Assembly (NCBI GenBank): GCA_027484125.1
Contig: JAIXUI010000120.1
Coordinates: 15,441 to 79,440, forward strand
Source: Bacteroidota bacterium
Lineage (GTDB): Bacteria > Bacteroidota > Bacteroidia > UBA7662 > JAIXUI01
Length of the DNA stretch: 64,000 nucleotides
Direction of reading: 5' to 3'
The notes under the pieces are model-generated. The model searched no databases, was not told where the DNA came from, and saw only the letters and a program-made list of their open reading frames with translations. Positions 1 through 11,200 of this stretch are shown piece after piece; within the stretch, counting starts at the first letter, position 1; the number at the start of each line of letters is the position of its first letter. Position numbers and translations under genes: made by a program.

Positions 1-113
1 GCAATGACATGGTCGAACGTATTGACATGGTCGTTATAGAGAATGATCTCATACAGTTCCGACTCTTTCTCAAGTATGTCGGTTTCTTCCTTTGGATCAG
101 CTATTGGGCGCAT
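1..113 (-). CDS. clpS: ATP-dependent Clp protease adaptor ClpS (5' part; runs off the left edge)
   Basis: Absent from the ORF track. Manual translation from ATG at 113 gives MRPIADPKEETDILEKESELYEIILYNDHVNTFDHVI, containing the ClpS motif xILxNDxVNTFxxV. Overlaps the plsY 3' end by 17 nt. Confidence 0.85.
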   Translation of the reverse strand, partial: MRPIADPKEETDILEKESELYEIILYNDHVNTFDHVI

Positions 114-768
114 TTTTTTTCTTTTTACGAAGATAAATCTTGTTTTCCTTTCCTTCCTTCAATCGGACGATGTTCTTTCTGTGAGTGAATAAGAGAATCA
201 TCAACTGAAGCAAGCTAAATACCACCATGGCCGTTCTGTCTTCTCTTGCAAGCACAATTACATAAAAAGCAAAAAAGAGAGAAGCGATTATGGCTCCTAA
301 TGAAACGTAATTATAAATACCAAAAACCAGTAAGAAAATGGAGAAACTTAAACCAGCTGCCATGGGATGTAATCCAATGACCATTCCGAATAAAGTAGCA
401 ACTCCTTTTCCACCTCTAAATCCAGCAAACACCGGATAAAGGTGACCAAGTATGGCAAACAAGCCTAAAATCACTTTAACAATTACAAACTCAGATGTAT
501 CATGGTTGAGGTGCGGATAATTGACTGGAAGAAGGCGGTCTAGATAAACCAAATTTACTGCTGCCCAACCCTTGAAAACATCAAAAATCAATACAGGAAT
601 TGCGGCTTTTTTCCCAAGTACTCTAAAAGTATTGGTAGCACCGGCATTTTGACTACCGTAATCTCTTACATCAATGCCATAGAAGAGCTTCCCTATCCAT
701 ACTGACGTAGGAATAGACCCTATTAAATAGGCAATGAGGTAGAACAACAGGTAAGCGGGTGCCAGCAT
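97..768 (-). CDS. plsY: Glycerol-3-phosphate 1-O-acyltransferase PlsY
   Basis: Motifs YLIGSIP, GSQNAGATNTFR, GHLYPVFAGFRGGKGVAT, HRKNIVRL; multi-TM protein. Confidence 0.95.
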   Translation of the reverse strand: MLAPAYLLFYLIAYLIGSIPTSVWIGKLFYGIDVRDYGSQNAGATNTFRVLGKKAAIPVLIFDVFKGWAAVNLVYLDRLLPVNYPHLNHDTSEFVIVKVILGLFAILGHLYPVFAGFRGGKGVATLFGMVIGLHPMAAGLSFSIFLLVFGIYNYVSLGAIIASLFFAFYVIVLAREDRTAMVVFSLLQLMILLFTHRKNIVRLKEGKENKIYLRKKKKNAPNS

Positions 769-770
769 AG

Positions 771-3700
771 TTACCGTGTTCTTTTGAACAACGCGTCCCT
801 TGTTTGAGTAGTGCCCAATTCAATTCGGTTGGTATCACCTTTTTTAGGTTTTTGAACGCGCTTGATAACCGCATCATTGAATTCCATGTTAGAGGAGATA
901 GCAGCAACCGATTCATTCTTGATGGTAAACAAGTAGTAGGCATTCTCTCCAATTTCAAGCATGAGGTTATAATCAACGGTCCCGAGGTTATTCAATTGAA
1001 TATCAAAGATTCCAGGGATTTTTTTACTGATGGGTTCGCCATTAAAATGAGCCAACCCCATCTTATCTACATTCTGCCACGCTTTATATTCCGGGAACCA
1101 CTCCATTTTAATATCGCTGAAGACTATCGCGCTTTTTAGCTCTCCAGAGGTCGGAAACACGGTACTTGAAGCTAAATCATCGACTACTTTACGCGCCTTA
1201 TCGGTTCCAACTAAATTATAAACCGCAGTACTTACCAATTCTCGATCATTCGCATAGTCCTCATAGTTAAATCCAACATCTAAAAGGGCGTTGGTCATTT
1301 TTTTCGAGGCCTCTTCAGGAAGATTAAGGTCCGCAAGAATGACTACATCGAGCACACATTTATTGGTGGCCAATGTGTAATCCATTTGTCCGGATACTTT
1401 AAACTTCTTAAACGCTTTGGGTTGAAGCATATAAAACAAGCCTTCTGCTTTGATGCTCTTGTCTTTGCTGACTATTCTCAGGAAAGAGCCCTCTGGTTCA
1501 TTTTCTAAAACTTTCAAAGAGTCACCGATAATATAGTCACCGCTGGCAGGATCCCACCGTATCACTCCACCTGTTAAAAACAGCATGGTGTCAGTCGGAT
1601 TGGTGAGTCCATTAAATACGAGCGGATACAGATAACCTGACGATTTATTGTAAGCCATGCCAACATAGAGAGGCTTATCATTCTGATCAAGCGGATTGGA
1701 GAATTTAACAAAAGGCTTCTTCGGATCTACGAGCTCGCGTATTTTGAATGGCGTGGGTGATAGCTCGGGAATCATCTTGCTTAAGTGAACCACTCCTGTA
1801 AATTCCAATTCCTGTCTATTTCCCTCTAGTTGAATGTTTCCGGAGAATTTAAATCCAGGATTGATTTCCAATAACGAATCCATGGTCACGATACCGGAAG
1901 CTTTGGTAATGCCTTTATCATCAACCCGGATATTGTTAAAACTTACATTTTGAGTTTTTCCAGTCAGGTTGGTATAATCGTAAACACCTTCAGCTGAATA
2001 CTTTCTTCTACCCTCTACATTGACCGAAGCTTTATAAATCCGGTGGGTTCTGTTGGTGGAATCCACGAAAATCTGAGCATTAAATAGCTTTTTCATTTTC
2101 GCTTCTTTTTCTATTTCAACTTTTCCTGAATCAGGAATTACTACTGCGTCGCCAGTATGGATTTCTTTTACCCCCTCTGCCTTAAGGATGTAATCATTGA
2201 AATCCATTTTGGCATACTCAGCTGTAAACTCAAATCCATCATGAGCAGGATTTTGTGAAACGAATCTGGCGTAGGTAGTTCCCTTAAAGCTAGGATTACC
2301 CAACACTAACTTTCTGTTTTTCATATCCCAATCGAATTCCCGCAAATAGGTAACGTATTGGTTAAAAGGTAAATCAACTTTGCTCTCTTCAATTGCAGAA
2401 GCAAAAATTCCTTTTTTGGCTGTAAAGTCAATTTTCGCTTTCATGTATTCCACTTTAAACGCCAGTAACTTAGGGTCAGAAGAGGCGAGTTTAAGAATTG
2501 CTGAATCTGCTTCCAATGAATTCTCTGCAAAAATGAAATACTTAGAGGTGAGCTCTTCTTTTCCATAAAACATCGAGCCATCACCGGTGATCCCTCTTGG
2601 TGTGTAGATTAAACTTCCGAAATAAGAAGTCTGATCTTCATACATGCGAAGTGGAGCGACCGGGCGGTAAGTGAGGTACAAACTATCCATATAAGGCTTC
2701 CACATGGAGTATCCATCTTTGCCGGTAGCCTGAGGAAAAGCGGGACTTGCCTTCTTTTCCAAGTCAAATTGGGCCAACATCCCCACTGCCGAATCCGGCA
2801 TAAACACATACTCATCGCTACTGTGCTTAGTATTCAGATACCGAACTTGCCCTTTTCCTTGCAAGCCTCCCATGTCAAGGCGAACTGTCTTAAAGAATGT
2901 GGCTTTTCCCTTGTACAAAGGATAACCTGCTGCCGGAGATTGATTTACAAATCCAAGTGAATAATCGGGCATCACTTTAAGAATTTCGGGTAGGTTTGGA
3001 ATGATTCCCCCAGAAAACAAGGTTCCGTTGAATTCCAAACCTTTAGAAACCGAAACATTGTCGAGCGAATCTAGGATGTATGGCTTTACTAAAAAGTAAA
3101 AGCGGTCTCTGGTATATACACCATCACGGATTTCAGGCCCATCGAAGTAAACGTAGCAATCTTTCTTGGAGTCGAAAATGGGGTATTTTTTGAGTGCCTT
3201 TTTTCCTGACTTATTCTTTGGGTCGTCAATAAATAAATCTCCATTGATGTTTGACATCACGGTTCTCAATGGAATCGCCTTTTTCCGCCCAAACTTGTCA
3301 ACTTCATCGGTAAACACCCTGAATCGGAGAGAATCTACGTTGTTAAATCTCATGGTGAAAGCATCATAATTAAAATTGAAGCCGTCGCCATAGAAATCCA
3401 ATGCCCCTGCTCTAACCTGACCTTCCATTTCAATGTCACGGTTTTTCTTTAAGGTGAGCTGATTGCCGCGTGGTACCAAATAAACTTGGTGGCTATCGCT
3501 TAACAACGCTATAGGAACTCCTTTAATCAACAATTTCTTGTCTTCGATATTGAGCTCTGCATTGGGCTCACTATTGGTGCGAGATACAAACCTGATGACA
3601 TCAAAGTCAATTTTCCCACCACTCGCGTCCAAATATTTAAAAGTTTTGTCTTGTACAAGCACCACTTCATTGACTCTGTCATATTGAATAAATCCTTGAC

Positions 3701-5150
3701 TGGCCAATGAGAGCAATAATGACCTAACAGCATCCAAGCTTACCTTCATGTAATTGGCAAAGCCTCCGGTACCAAAGGTTCTATCTTTAACGATGCTGCA
3801 ATACCCTTTCAATCGCGCCAAAGGATGATAAGAGGCGATACTTTGGATTTCTCTGAATTCTTGCATGGAAAAGAAATCCTTTGAAGTAAAAACAGCTTGA
3901 GATTCTCCGGTACCAACGATAGATCTGAAGAGTAATTTGGGTTCGTCAATATTCCAGATAATTGCCTCTGCATTAATATCTAATTGATGATAAGAATTGG
4001 AAAAGGCACTTTTATTCATGTTGCTCTTTTCTATGAATAAACTCAATTGACGCTTCGATGCGTTGAAACGTGTGGTTAATCCGGGATGATAAATGGAGTC
4101 TTTATCTAGATAAATGGTCGTAGCTGCTGCATCAGCAATCAAATCTTCACGTTTTATGGTGAATAGCTTTGATTGAGCGCGGATAGCTATTTGATTGTTC
4201 TTGATAATTTGTATTTCTGCTGTAGCATTTTCCGGAGCAAGACAAATGTACTTGTTACCTTCAATGGCATATCGGCCGAAGTAGTTTACATTAGGGAATA
4301 TTTCTTTGATAAGAATAGCTTGTCCGAATGAAGTAAAACGAGGATAAGTAAATGTTTCTCGTTTATTTCCGGCTTGTACCTGATCAACAAAAGATCCCGT
4401 GAGCGTTTTTCCTCCAAGTTTATCAAGATAAAGCATGGCGGTATCCGCAACCAACTCGGGCTGACGAAGCAATACATTGTAACGTTGAAGTTGACAATAG
4501 AGGGAATCTCCGGAATATCCTAATCGTCTAAAGTCTATTTTTCCGCCGGTCCCGGTTACTTTTTGATCATTGGTTGAAAAAACAAATCGTGTATCAGAGA
4601 GCAAAAGTGAATCCTGACTGTAATTGCAGATTAAATCTGCTTTCTCGTATTTAATCACTGCTTTACCATCTTCGAAGGCAAAATCGAATCGATCTGCTTC
4701 TGCTTTCCATGTTACCGCATTCGTTTGATATAGTATGGATGATTTCAACACCAATTCGGCTGAAGTACAAAAGAGTTCGTATGGTTTAAATCCTTTAGAA
4801 TTTAAACTATCCAACACGCGGTGAAAGGCTAAAAACTGACTCTCTTCTGCCCCTTTCTCACCCAAAGCAACCAAGGCGTTCAGATAAAAACCAAAATAAG
4901 GCGCAACCGTCATTTTGCGCTGCTGCATATTTTGAACCTGTTTGATTGCAACCTGTTGCAAGTCAATGGTAAATCCTTGAAACACCTTGGGAAACTTGTT
5001 GATAAGAGGATTATAATCACTTCTCCCGGTTCCTTTAAGCAGGCTAACCACTTCTGGGATAAATTTTTCTACTTCAGAAGAAACTTTAACCTGCGCATGA
5101 GACAATTGAATATTCCAGAGCAGGAGGATGAGCAGAAGAAGCTTTCTCAT
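771..5150 (-). CDS. Large secreted beta-rich protein of unknown function (about 1459 aa)
   Basis: ORF track gives 771..5183; the likely start is ATG 5150 (MRKLLLLILLLWNIQLSHA/QV signal peptide), 2 nt after the prmA stop. No recognisable catalytic motif. Confidence 0.85.
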   Translation of the reverse strand: MRKLLLLILLLWNIQLSHAQVKVSSEVEKFIPEVVSLLKGTGRSDYNPLINKFPKVFQGFTIDLQQVAIKQVQNMQQRKMTVAPYFGFYLNALVALGEKGAEESQFLAFHRVLDSLNSKGFKPYELFCTSAELVLKSSILYQTNAVTWKAEADRFDFAFEDGKAVIKYEKADLICNYSQDSLLLSDTRFVFSTNDQKVTGTGGKIDFRRLGYSGDSLYCQLQRYNVLLRQPELVADTAMLYLDKLGGKTLTGSFVDQVQAGNKRETFTYPRFTSFGQAILIKEIFPNVNYFGRYAIEGNKYICLAPENATAEIQIIKNNQIAIRAQSKLFTIKREDLIADAAATTIYLDKDSIYHPGLTTRFNASKRQLSLFIEKSNMNKSAFSNSYHQLDINAEAIIWNIDEPKLLFRSIVGTGESQAVFTSKDFFSMQEFREIQSIASYHPLARLKGYCSIVKDRTFGTGGFANYMKVSLDAVRSLLLSLASQGFIQYDRVNEVVLVQDKTFKYLDASGGKIDFDVIRFVSRTNSEPNAELNIEDKKLLIKGVPIALLSDSHQVYLVPRGNQLTLKKNRDIEMEGQVRAGALDFYGDGFNFNYDAFTMRFNNVDSLRFRVFTDEVDKFGRKKAIPLRTVMSNINGDLFIDDPKNKSGKKALKKYPIFDSKKDCYVYFDGPEIRDGVYTRDRFYFLVKPYILDSLDNVSVSKGLEFNGTLFSGGIIPNLPEILKVMPDYSLGFVNQSPAAGYPLYKGKATFFKTVRLDMGGLQGKGQVRYLNTKHSSDEYVFMPDSAVGMLAQFDLEKKASPAFPQATGKDGYSMWKPYMDSLYLTYRPVAPLRMYEDQTSYFGSLIYTPRGITGDGSMFYGKEELTSKYFIFAENSLEADSAILKLASSDPKLLAFKVEYMKAKIDFTAKKGIFASAIEESKVDLPFNQYVTYLREFDWDMKNRKLVLGNPSFKGTTYARFVSQNPAHDGFEFTAEYAKMDFNDYILKAEGVKEIHTGDAVVIPDSGKVEIEKEAKMKKLFNAQIFVDSTNRTHRIYKASVNVEGRRKYSAEGVYDYTNLTGKTQNVSFNNIRVDDKGITKASGIVTMDSLLEINPGFKFSGNIQLEGNRQELEFTGVVHLSKMIPELSPTPFKIRELVDPKKPFVKFSNPLDQNDKPLYVGMAYNKSSGYLYPLVFNGLTNPTDTMLFLTGGVIRWDPASGDYIIGDSLKVLENEPEGSFLRIVSKDKSIKAEGLFYMLQPKAFKKFKVSGQMDYTLATNKCVLDVVILADLNLPEEASKKMTNALLDVGFNYEDYANDRELVSTAVYNLVGTDKARKVVDDLASSTVFPTSGELKSAIVFSDIKMEWFPEYKAWQNVDKMGLAHFNGEPISKKIPGIFDIQLNNLGTVDYNLMLEIGENAYYLFTIKNESVAAISSNMEFNDAVIKRVQKPKKGDTNRIELGTTQTRDALFKRTR

Positions 5151-5152
5151 TA

Positions 5153-5974
5153 TCAATTTTTTAAAAATCTTAAACACGCCCAATTATGGAGCGTAGAGGT
5201 GTGCAAAAGCAAAAATCCATTCTTTTCGGCGATGGATTCCAAATGTGAAATGTCTTCCGTATAAAAACCACTTAAAAGCAATACCCCCCCGGAATTGAGG
5301 TGTTTGGCGTATGCTGGAATATCTTCAGAAAGTATATTTCGGTTGATATTGGCGATAAAAATATCAAAAGTACCAAGCGAATCTAAAGTGCTAGCATCAC
5401 CTAGCATGACCTCTAATTGCGAAAAACCATTTCTATCTCGATTCTCAATAGCATTTTCATAACACCATGGATCGTTATCAATGGCGTATGCTTCATGGGC
5501 TCCCAACTTTAAAGCGTACAAAGCAAGAATTCCGGTACCGGAACCCATATCCATTACACGCTTACCAGCAACCTCGAGTTCTGATATTTGACGAATCATC
5601 AATTCGGTAGTAGCGTGATGCCCCGTACCAAACGACATTTTTGGCTCAATGATTAACTCATGCGCATAACCTTCTTCTTGAGAATGAAATCCGGCACGAA
5701 TAAGGCATAAGGGCCAAATACGAACTGGGTCATAGAATTTCTCCCACTCTGCATTCCAATTGATGTCTGGTAAAGGTTCCCAAGCCTTAATCTGCGCTCC
5801 AAAACGGGTGCAAATTTCTTCTGTAGCGGCCCTATCGAAAGTATCTACTTGCACATAGGCCAGCAATTCACCTTCCTTTTCCTCGAAGGAATCAAATCCT
5901 TCTTCCCCAAATAGTGCAACTAAAATGTCCGGATCTGACTCATTCAGCTGGATACTGACTTGTAAATAACCCAT
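5153..5974 (-). CDS. prmA: 50S ribosomal protein L11 methyltransferase
   Basis: IEPKMSFGTGHHATT, DMGSGTGILA SAM-binding motif, ANINRNIL. Confidence 0.95.
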   Translation of the reverse strand: MGYLQVSIQLNESDPDILVALFGEEGFDSFEEKEGELLAYVQVDTFDRAATEEICTRFGAQIKAWEPLPDINWNAEWEKFYDPVRIWPLCLIRAGFHSQEEGYAHELIIEPKMSFGTGHHATTELMIRQISELEVAGKRVMDMGSGTGILALYALKLGAHEAYAIDNDPWCYENAIENRDRNGFSQLEVMLGDASTLDSLGTFDIFIANINRNILSEDIPAYAKHLNSGGVLLLSGFYTEDISHLESIAEKNGFLLLHTSTLHNWACLRFLKN

Positions 5975-6735
5975 TAAACAAATGATTGGATGATATTGAT
6001 AAAGTCTCTGGACTTGAGAGAAGCGCCACCTACTAATCCACCATCAATATCGCGTTTAGAAAACAACTCTGCGGCGTTAGTTGGATTGACAGAACCGCCA
6101 TACAAGATGGGCACGAGTTGTGAAAATGAGGCTCCAAAACGCTTTTCTAAAAGATTACGAATAAAGGCATGAACTTCCTGAGCTTGTTCCGGAGAAGCAG
6201 TCAAACCCGTTCCGATTGCCCAAACTGGCTCATAAGCGATGACCAGCGTTTTCAATTCTTCAGCACTAAAGACTGAAAGGGCCCCTTCAACCTGACTTTC
6301 AATAACATCGAAATGACGATTATCTTCACGTTCTTCTTTTGTTTCTCCAACGCAATAAATAGGTTTTAAGCCCGCAGCAAGAGCCGTCCGTATTTTCTTT
6401 GCTAAGAGCCCCTCCTCTTCTCCGAAGTATTGCCTTCTTTCACTGTGCCCGAGAATAACATATTGAGCACCGGCAGAAGATAGCATGGCAGCAGAAACTT
6501 CCCCGGTGTAAGCACCGGAAACTTCCTGGTGACAATTCTGTGCCCCAAGCTGAACATGAGGATGATCCAACAAGCGACCTACAGAAACAAGATGAATGAA
6601 TGGAGGGATAAGTACAGCTTCAACATCGCTATGTACTTCGTCTTTGTAAAAGTTTACAATTTCCGATGCTAATGCCAAGCCTTCTTCAAAAGACTTATTC
6701 ATTTTCCAGTTGCCAGCAACAATTTTCTTTCTCAT
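5974..6735 (-). CDS. tpiA: Triose-phosphate isomerase
   Basis: AGNWKMN, GHSERR, AYEPVWAIGTG, LVGGASL. Confidence 0.98.
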   Translation of the reverse strand: MRKKIVAGNWKMNKSFEEGLALASEIVNFYKDEVHSDVEAVLIPPFIHLVSVGRLLDHPHVQLGAQNCHQEVSGAYTGEVSAAMLSSAGAQYVILGHSERRQYFGEEEGLLAKKIRTALAAGLKPIYCVGETKEEREDNRHFDVIESQVEGALSVFSAEELKTLVIAYEPVWAIGTGLTASPEQAQEVHAFIRNLLEKRFGASFSQLVPILYGGSVNPTNAAELFSKRDIDGGLVGGASLKSRDFINIIQSFV

Positions 6736-6738
6736 GAT

Positions 6739-7917
6739 TTAATTTTCCCAAGTTCTTTGGTTAGCGGTTTCATTATACACTGATTCGAGAATAGCAATAT
6801 CAGCTTCAGTAAGTTGCAGTCCTCTACGAGACAACACCCTATTAGCTGTATCTAAAAATTTTGGAAATCTAAAGGTCTCAAACCCTTGTGCTCCTCCCCA
6901 GGCAAAGGAAGGAAGAAAGTTTCGGGGAAATCCTGCTCCAAAAATATTTGCCCCTACTCCTACTACAGTTCCGGTATTAAACATGGTATTGATACCTGCT
7001 TTGGCGTGGTCTGCCATCATCAATCCACAAAACTGCAAACCTGTAGAACGGAATCTTCCTGCGTCATGATCCCAAAGTTTAACGATATCGTAGTTGTTTT
7101 TCAAGTTAGAATTATTAGTGTCTGCACCAAGGTTACACCATTCTCCAATAACTGAATTTCCTAGAAAGCCGTCATGCGCTTTATTGGAATAACCCATCAT
7201 CAGGGAGTTGTTAAGCTCTCCACCGGCTTTACAATGAGGACCTAAAACGGTAGGACCATAAACTTTCGCTCCCATTTTAAGTGCCGAATGCTCTCCAAGA
7301 GCAAATGGTCCTCTGACCATGGAGCCTTCCATGATTTCAGCGCCCTCGGCCAAATAAACAGGTCCGGCCTCAGTGTTGATGATAGAAGCTTTAATGCTGG
7401 CTCCTTGCTCAAGAAATACAGGATGCTTACCAATGATTGTGACGTGTTGGAGCTCACCTTGACTAAGGCGGCCTGCTGTAATTCTAGCAAAATCCTCTTC
7501 AATCGAAACACCTAATTGAAGGAATAAATCCTCCGGCATGGCAAGTAATCTACTGTCGGAAACCGATTGCAATTTCAAATCATGGAATTGAAAATCAGGA
7601 TTCCTAAACGCAAGTAAACGACCTTCTTCATTATGCAATCCACCTCCGGTTGGAAGTTGCCGGATTAGTTGAACCAACTTTTCGTTAGGGAAAAGAGCAC
7701 CATTGATGAATATTGTATCGGTGTTTTCGTCTGGAGATTTCCACTTTTGTTGTAATACAGGCCTGAAAGTGATAAACTTAAAAGCCACACCGGGATAGTA
7801 GAATTCCCACTTCTCTCTCATGGTTGAAATTCCACAACGAAGTTCACAGACCGGACGGGTGTAGGTAAATGGGAGCAGCTTGCTGGCAAGCGAGTCGTCA
7901 AAAAGTACTATTTGCAT
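6739..7917 (-). CDS. GlmU-family putative sugar nucleotidyltransferase with hexapeptide repeats
   Basis: N-terminal LLPFTYTRPVCELRCGI, left-handed beta-helix repeats, NKAHDGFLGNSVIGEWCNLGADTNNSNLKN. Confidence 0.85.
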   Translation of the reverse strand: MQIVLFDDSLASKLLPFTYTRPVCELRCGISTMREKWEFYYPGVAFKFITFRPVLQQKWKSPDENTDTIFINGALFPNEKLVQLIRQLPTGGGLHNEEGRLLAFRNPDFQFHDLKLQSVSDSRLLAMPEDLFLQLGVSIEEDFARITAGRLSQGELQHVTIIGKHPVFLEQGASIKASIINTEAGPVYLAEGAEIMEGSMVRGPFALGEHSALKMGAKVYGPTVLGPHCKAGGELNNSLMMGYSNKAHDGFLGNSVIGEWCNLGADTNNSNLKNNYDIVKLWDHDAGRFRSTGLQFCGLMMADHAKAGINTMFNTGTVVGVGANIFGAGFPRNFLPSFAWGGAQGFETFRFPKFLDTANRVLSRRGLQLTEADIAILESVYNETANQRTWEN

Positions 7918-7922
7918 CTGAA

Positions 7923-7930
7923 CAAAAATA
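7923..7930 (-). promoter_or_regulatory. Bacteroidota sigma70-type -7 element (TATTTTTG) for the GlmU-like gene
   Basis: Matches TAnnTTTG, 5 nt upstream of the ATG; lies in the T-tract of the rpmE2 terminator. Confidence 0.6.
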
Positions 7931-7959
7931 AAAAACCCCGACGAATCGGGGTTTTATTT
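7926..7959 (-). terminator. Intrinsic terminator after rpmE2
   Basis: AAAACCCCGA-CGAA-TCGGGGTTTT hairpin with T-runs on both sides. Confidence 0.85.
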
Positions 7960-7972
7960 AGTGCTTAGTAGC

Positions 7973-8221
7973 TTATTTCTTTTTGTAACGGCTGTAGAAT
8001 TTATCAACACGCCCAGCAGTATCAAGAAGAACTTGCTTACCGGTGTAGAACGGATGGCTCTTGTGCGAGATGTCGAGCTTAATTAATGGATACTCGTTAC
8101 CGTCTTCCCAAACGATGGTGTCTTTGCTTGACGCTGTTGAGCGTGACAAAAAGCTGTAACCGTTTGAAAGGTCTTTGAAAACTACCGGCCTATAGTTGGA
8201 TGGATGGATGTCCTTCTTCAT
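7973..8221 (-). CDS. rpmE2: 50S ribosomal protein L31 type B (no Zn-binding Cys)
   Basis: MKKDIHP...[15 protein letters not shown]...DTAGRVDKF; start reassigned to ATG 8221. Confidence 0.95.
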   Translation of the reverse strand: MKKDIHPSNYRPVVFKDLSNGYSFLSRSTASSKDTIVWEDGNEYPLIKLDISHKSHPFYTGKQVLLDTAGRVDKFYSRYKKK

Positions 8222-8239
8222 GTCCTTGTTTTGAGCGTG

Positions 8240-8269
8240 CAAAGATAAGAGTCAAATTACTTTTTCAAA
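8240..8269 (-). promoter_or_regulatory. Bacteroidota -33/-7 promoter for rpmE2
   Basis: TATCTTTG at 8240-8247 with TTTG at 8266-8269. Confidence 0.7.
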
Positions 8270-11200
8270 ATGAATTTCTGAACCTGGCTCTGTCCGTTGA
8301 AATTCACTCGAAGGAAATAGATGCCGGAGTTGAAATCTTGGAAGTTTTCGCTGATGGTGTGCTGACCAGCAGCAATCTCACCATAAGCTTTCTCCCAAAC
8401 TACGCGTCCTGAAACATCAGTGAGCGCTAATTGGAAGTCTCCATCAGAGGGAAGTTCAAACTTCAAGGAAACCTCGCCTTGGCTTGGATTAGGGTAGAGT
8501 TCAATGCGATTGAGTTTAGCACCTGGCTCTTGTACTGATACAATTGCACAAGGTGAAGTTACTTGTTCGAAACAGAAGTCATCAATAGCCCAACCTTGCA
8601 ACTGAACAGACCCATCAGAGCCAAATCTAAAACGGAAGATAACGTCAGCATCTGTTTGGTGATTGAAAGGATGCTCTGAAGTAATCCATCCAAGTGAGTT
8701 TCCAGACCATCCACTTGCTACTGACCTTGGCAATAAGTTGACATTCCAAAGCCCGTTAATGAAATAGGTGTTAAACCAATTGGTTCCCATATTTCCATCA
8801 GCGTTACCGAGCTGATCCCAATTTCTTCCGGCATCGGTAGAGTACTCCACTGTACCTCCATCAAATCGTTCTGTAACAATGTAATGTTTGAATGATAGCT
8901 TATAGCAATCACCGGCTCTTACCTTGAATACTGGTGTGTAAAGCGCTGAGGTATCATTTACCGGATAGGTTCCGTTATCTCCAACATACCAAGCTCTAGT
9001 TCCTGAAAAAGCAGATGGAATAAGTGGCTTGTTAGGAGTACCTAGCCTCCAGGCTGATAAGGAATCGCGAACTGTAAATGCATTCTTAGTCTGCCATCTT
9101 GGAGATCCTTGCTCAAACTCATTGCAATAGGGGAAAGATGCAATTTCGTCTAATCCAGGAATAGCTCTACAGAAGGTATCATCCTTAGTGTAAGAATCAG
9201 CAATAAAGTTTGGCAGTAATGAAACTACGCAAATGTCATTTGAACCCGTATCAGGAGTAAAAGGAGTTGAAAGGTTAACCCTTCTAAACTGATTAAACTG
9301 GAGGGGAGGATTGAAAGTAAAGGTGTCACGTGATGCAACAACACCCTGATGCTTAAGCTCTAGTACCACTGAGTTAATGGGCGTAAATCCTGAACTTCGT
9401 ACTAAAGCTCTAACCAAAGTAGGAGTTCCTTTTTTCAACAATCCAGGATTGAACTCCATATCCTGAACAGTAGCAGAAATTGGAATTTTGTTGTAAATCT
9501 GAATGTTGTCGACAAAGTTGGCATTCTTAGCAGCTGAGGCTGCACCACCGGATGGGTTTCGTGCCTTAGACTGAAACTGAATTAGGACTTGATCACCAGC
9601 ATTGTATAAGTTATTAAGCTCATACTCTCTGGTGACAAATGGTGAGTTAGGTGTATTGGTAGTGATAGTGGGACTAACTTGAGTAACTACACCTGTGGTA
9701 TTGTTAACTAAAATCACTCGGAAGAAACATTGCGTATCTCCTGCTGCACCGCTAGTAACTACTTGCTTATGATCAAACTTAACTGTTAGGTTGTTGATGG
9801 CAGCCGTATTGATTGCAATGGAGGTTGCTGCAAAATGCTCCGGATTTACGTTATCATTCCAAACGTTGGTCGCGTTGGTATTTGTCCACCCGGTAGAAGA
9901 GGTTGAGCCTAATTCTAAGCCAGTAGGAGAAGAATTGCCCGCAGAGCTATTGGTGACTACCCACGAACGGGATCTAAGGTCATTACATAACTCACCAATT
10001 CTTCTAACATCTTCGAAATCATTGAAATAGGGCGGTTTAAACCCATCTATCGCATTTAAAGTCGCACGTGTTGAATCATTCCAAAATACATCATCACCAG
10101 TTACAGAGGTAGCCAATCGAATTGGAGCAAATCCTCTTGTTACATTCAATGGTGTGCTGAAGGTAAGAGTGTCAATCTCTTTCGGAAGAACTGAAACATT
10201 ACTAAAGTTTTCATTCACCCAAGCATTATTTCTGTATTGATAAGCCATAGCACCAGCTGTTACCGGTGAATGTCCATTATTTCTTACTAGCATTCTTACC
10301 GAATATGTTCCAACCGCAATACATGAGTTCGGCCTTGGGTTTAATAAACCAATAATCTGCAGTTCATTTGGTAGAATAGCCTTAACAGAAATACATGCAG
10401 AATCTTTGGCCGCATAACTTGTATCACCGGCTAAAAATGGTCTAGCACACATGGTGTAGTTTCCACGAGGCGGAGAAGGAAAAGAATCTACAAAGGCAAC
10501 CACTTCTCCTGCCGGAGGAATCACGCCGTTAAAAATAGTTGGAGTTGCCAAACGATAAACTCCATTCAAAGTGTAATTAATAGGTACGGATGTTAAAGTA
10601 TCACGCCCCCAGTTTTTGATTCTCACTTGAACCTGAACCATAGCATTCAAACTATCAGGAAGTGGATTAGGAGAAACAAAAGCTATAACGCCTGCATCTC
10701 TTGGAGCGGGCTCTACCAATTCGAAATTATCAATCAATACACCAACATCTGCTGTAGCTCCTGCAGTAAATTCAAATCTGAATCTGATTGGTTGACCAAA
10801 ATTGTTGAATTGAGAAAGATCTAGCTCGCAATTTACAAAACCTCCATTAGCTGCATTAGAATCAGAGTTTGTCCTCCATGCTGGACCGTTGGTACCGTTA
10901 ACATTGGCTGTTCCGTTGTACCAGTTTTGAGAGTATAAGGCACCAGTACTTCCAAGTGTAGTGTAGGTGGTACTGTTACCTGACGCCCAGGTAAGTCTAA
11001 GACCTGCGTTAGAAGGCAGAATCCTGCGCATTTTAAACCTGAGTCGATAGTTATACTTCCCATTGAAGTTATAATATGGCGAATAAAGGAATGCAGTGTG
11101 GTTAGGAGAGAAACTGCTTGTAAGATTTGTTACCCAAGCTTGTGGAGCAGAAAATGCTGCATTCATTCGCGGTTTACTTGGAACACCTTGTTGCCAACTA

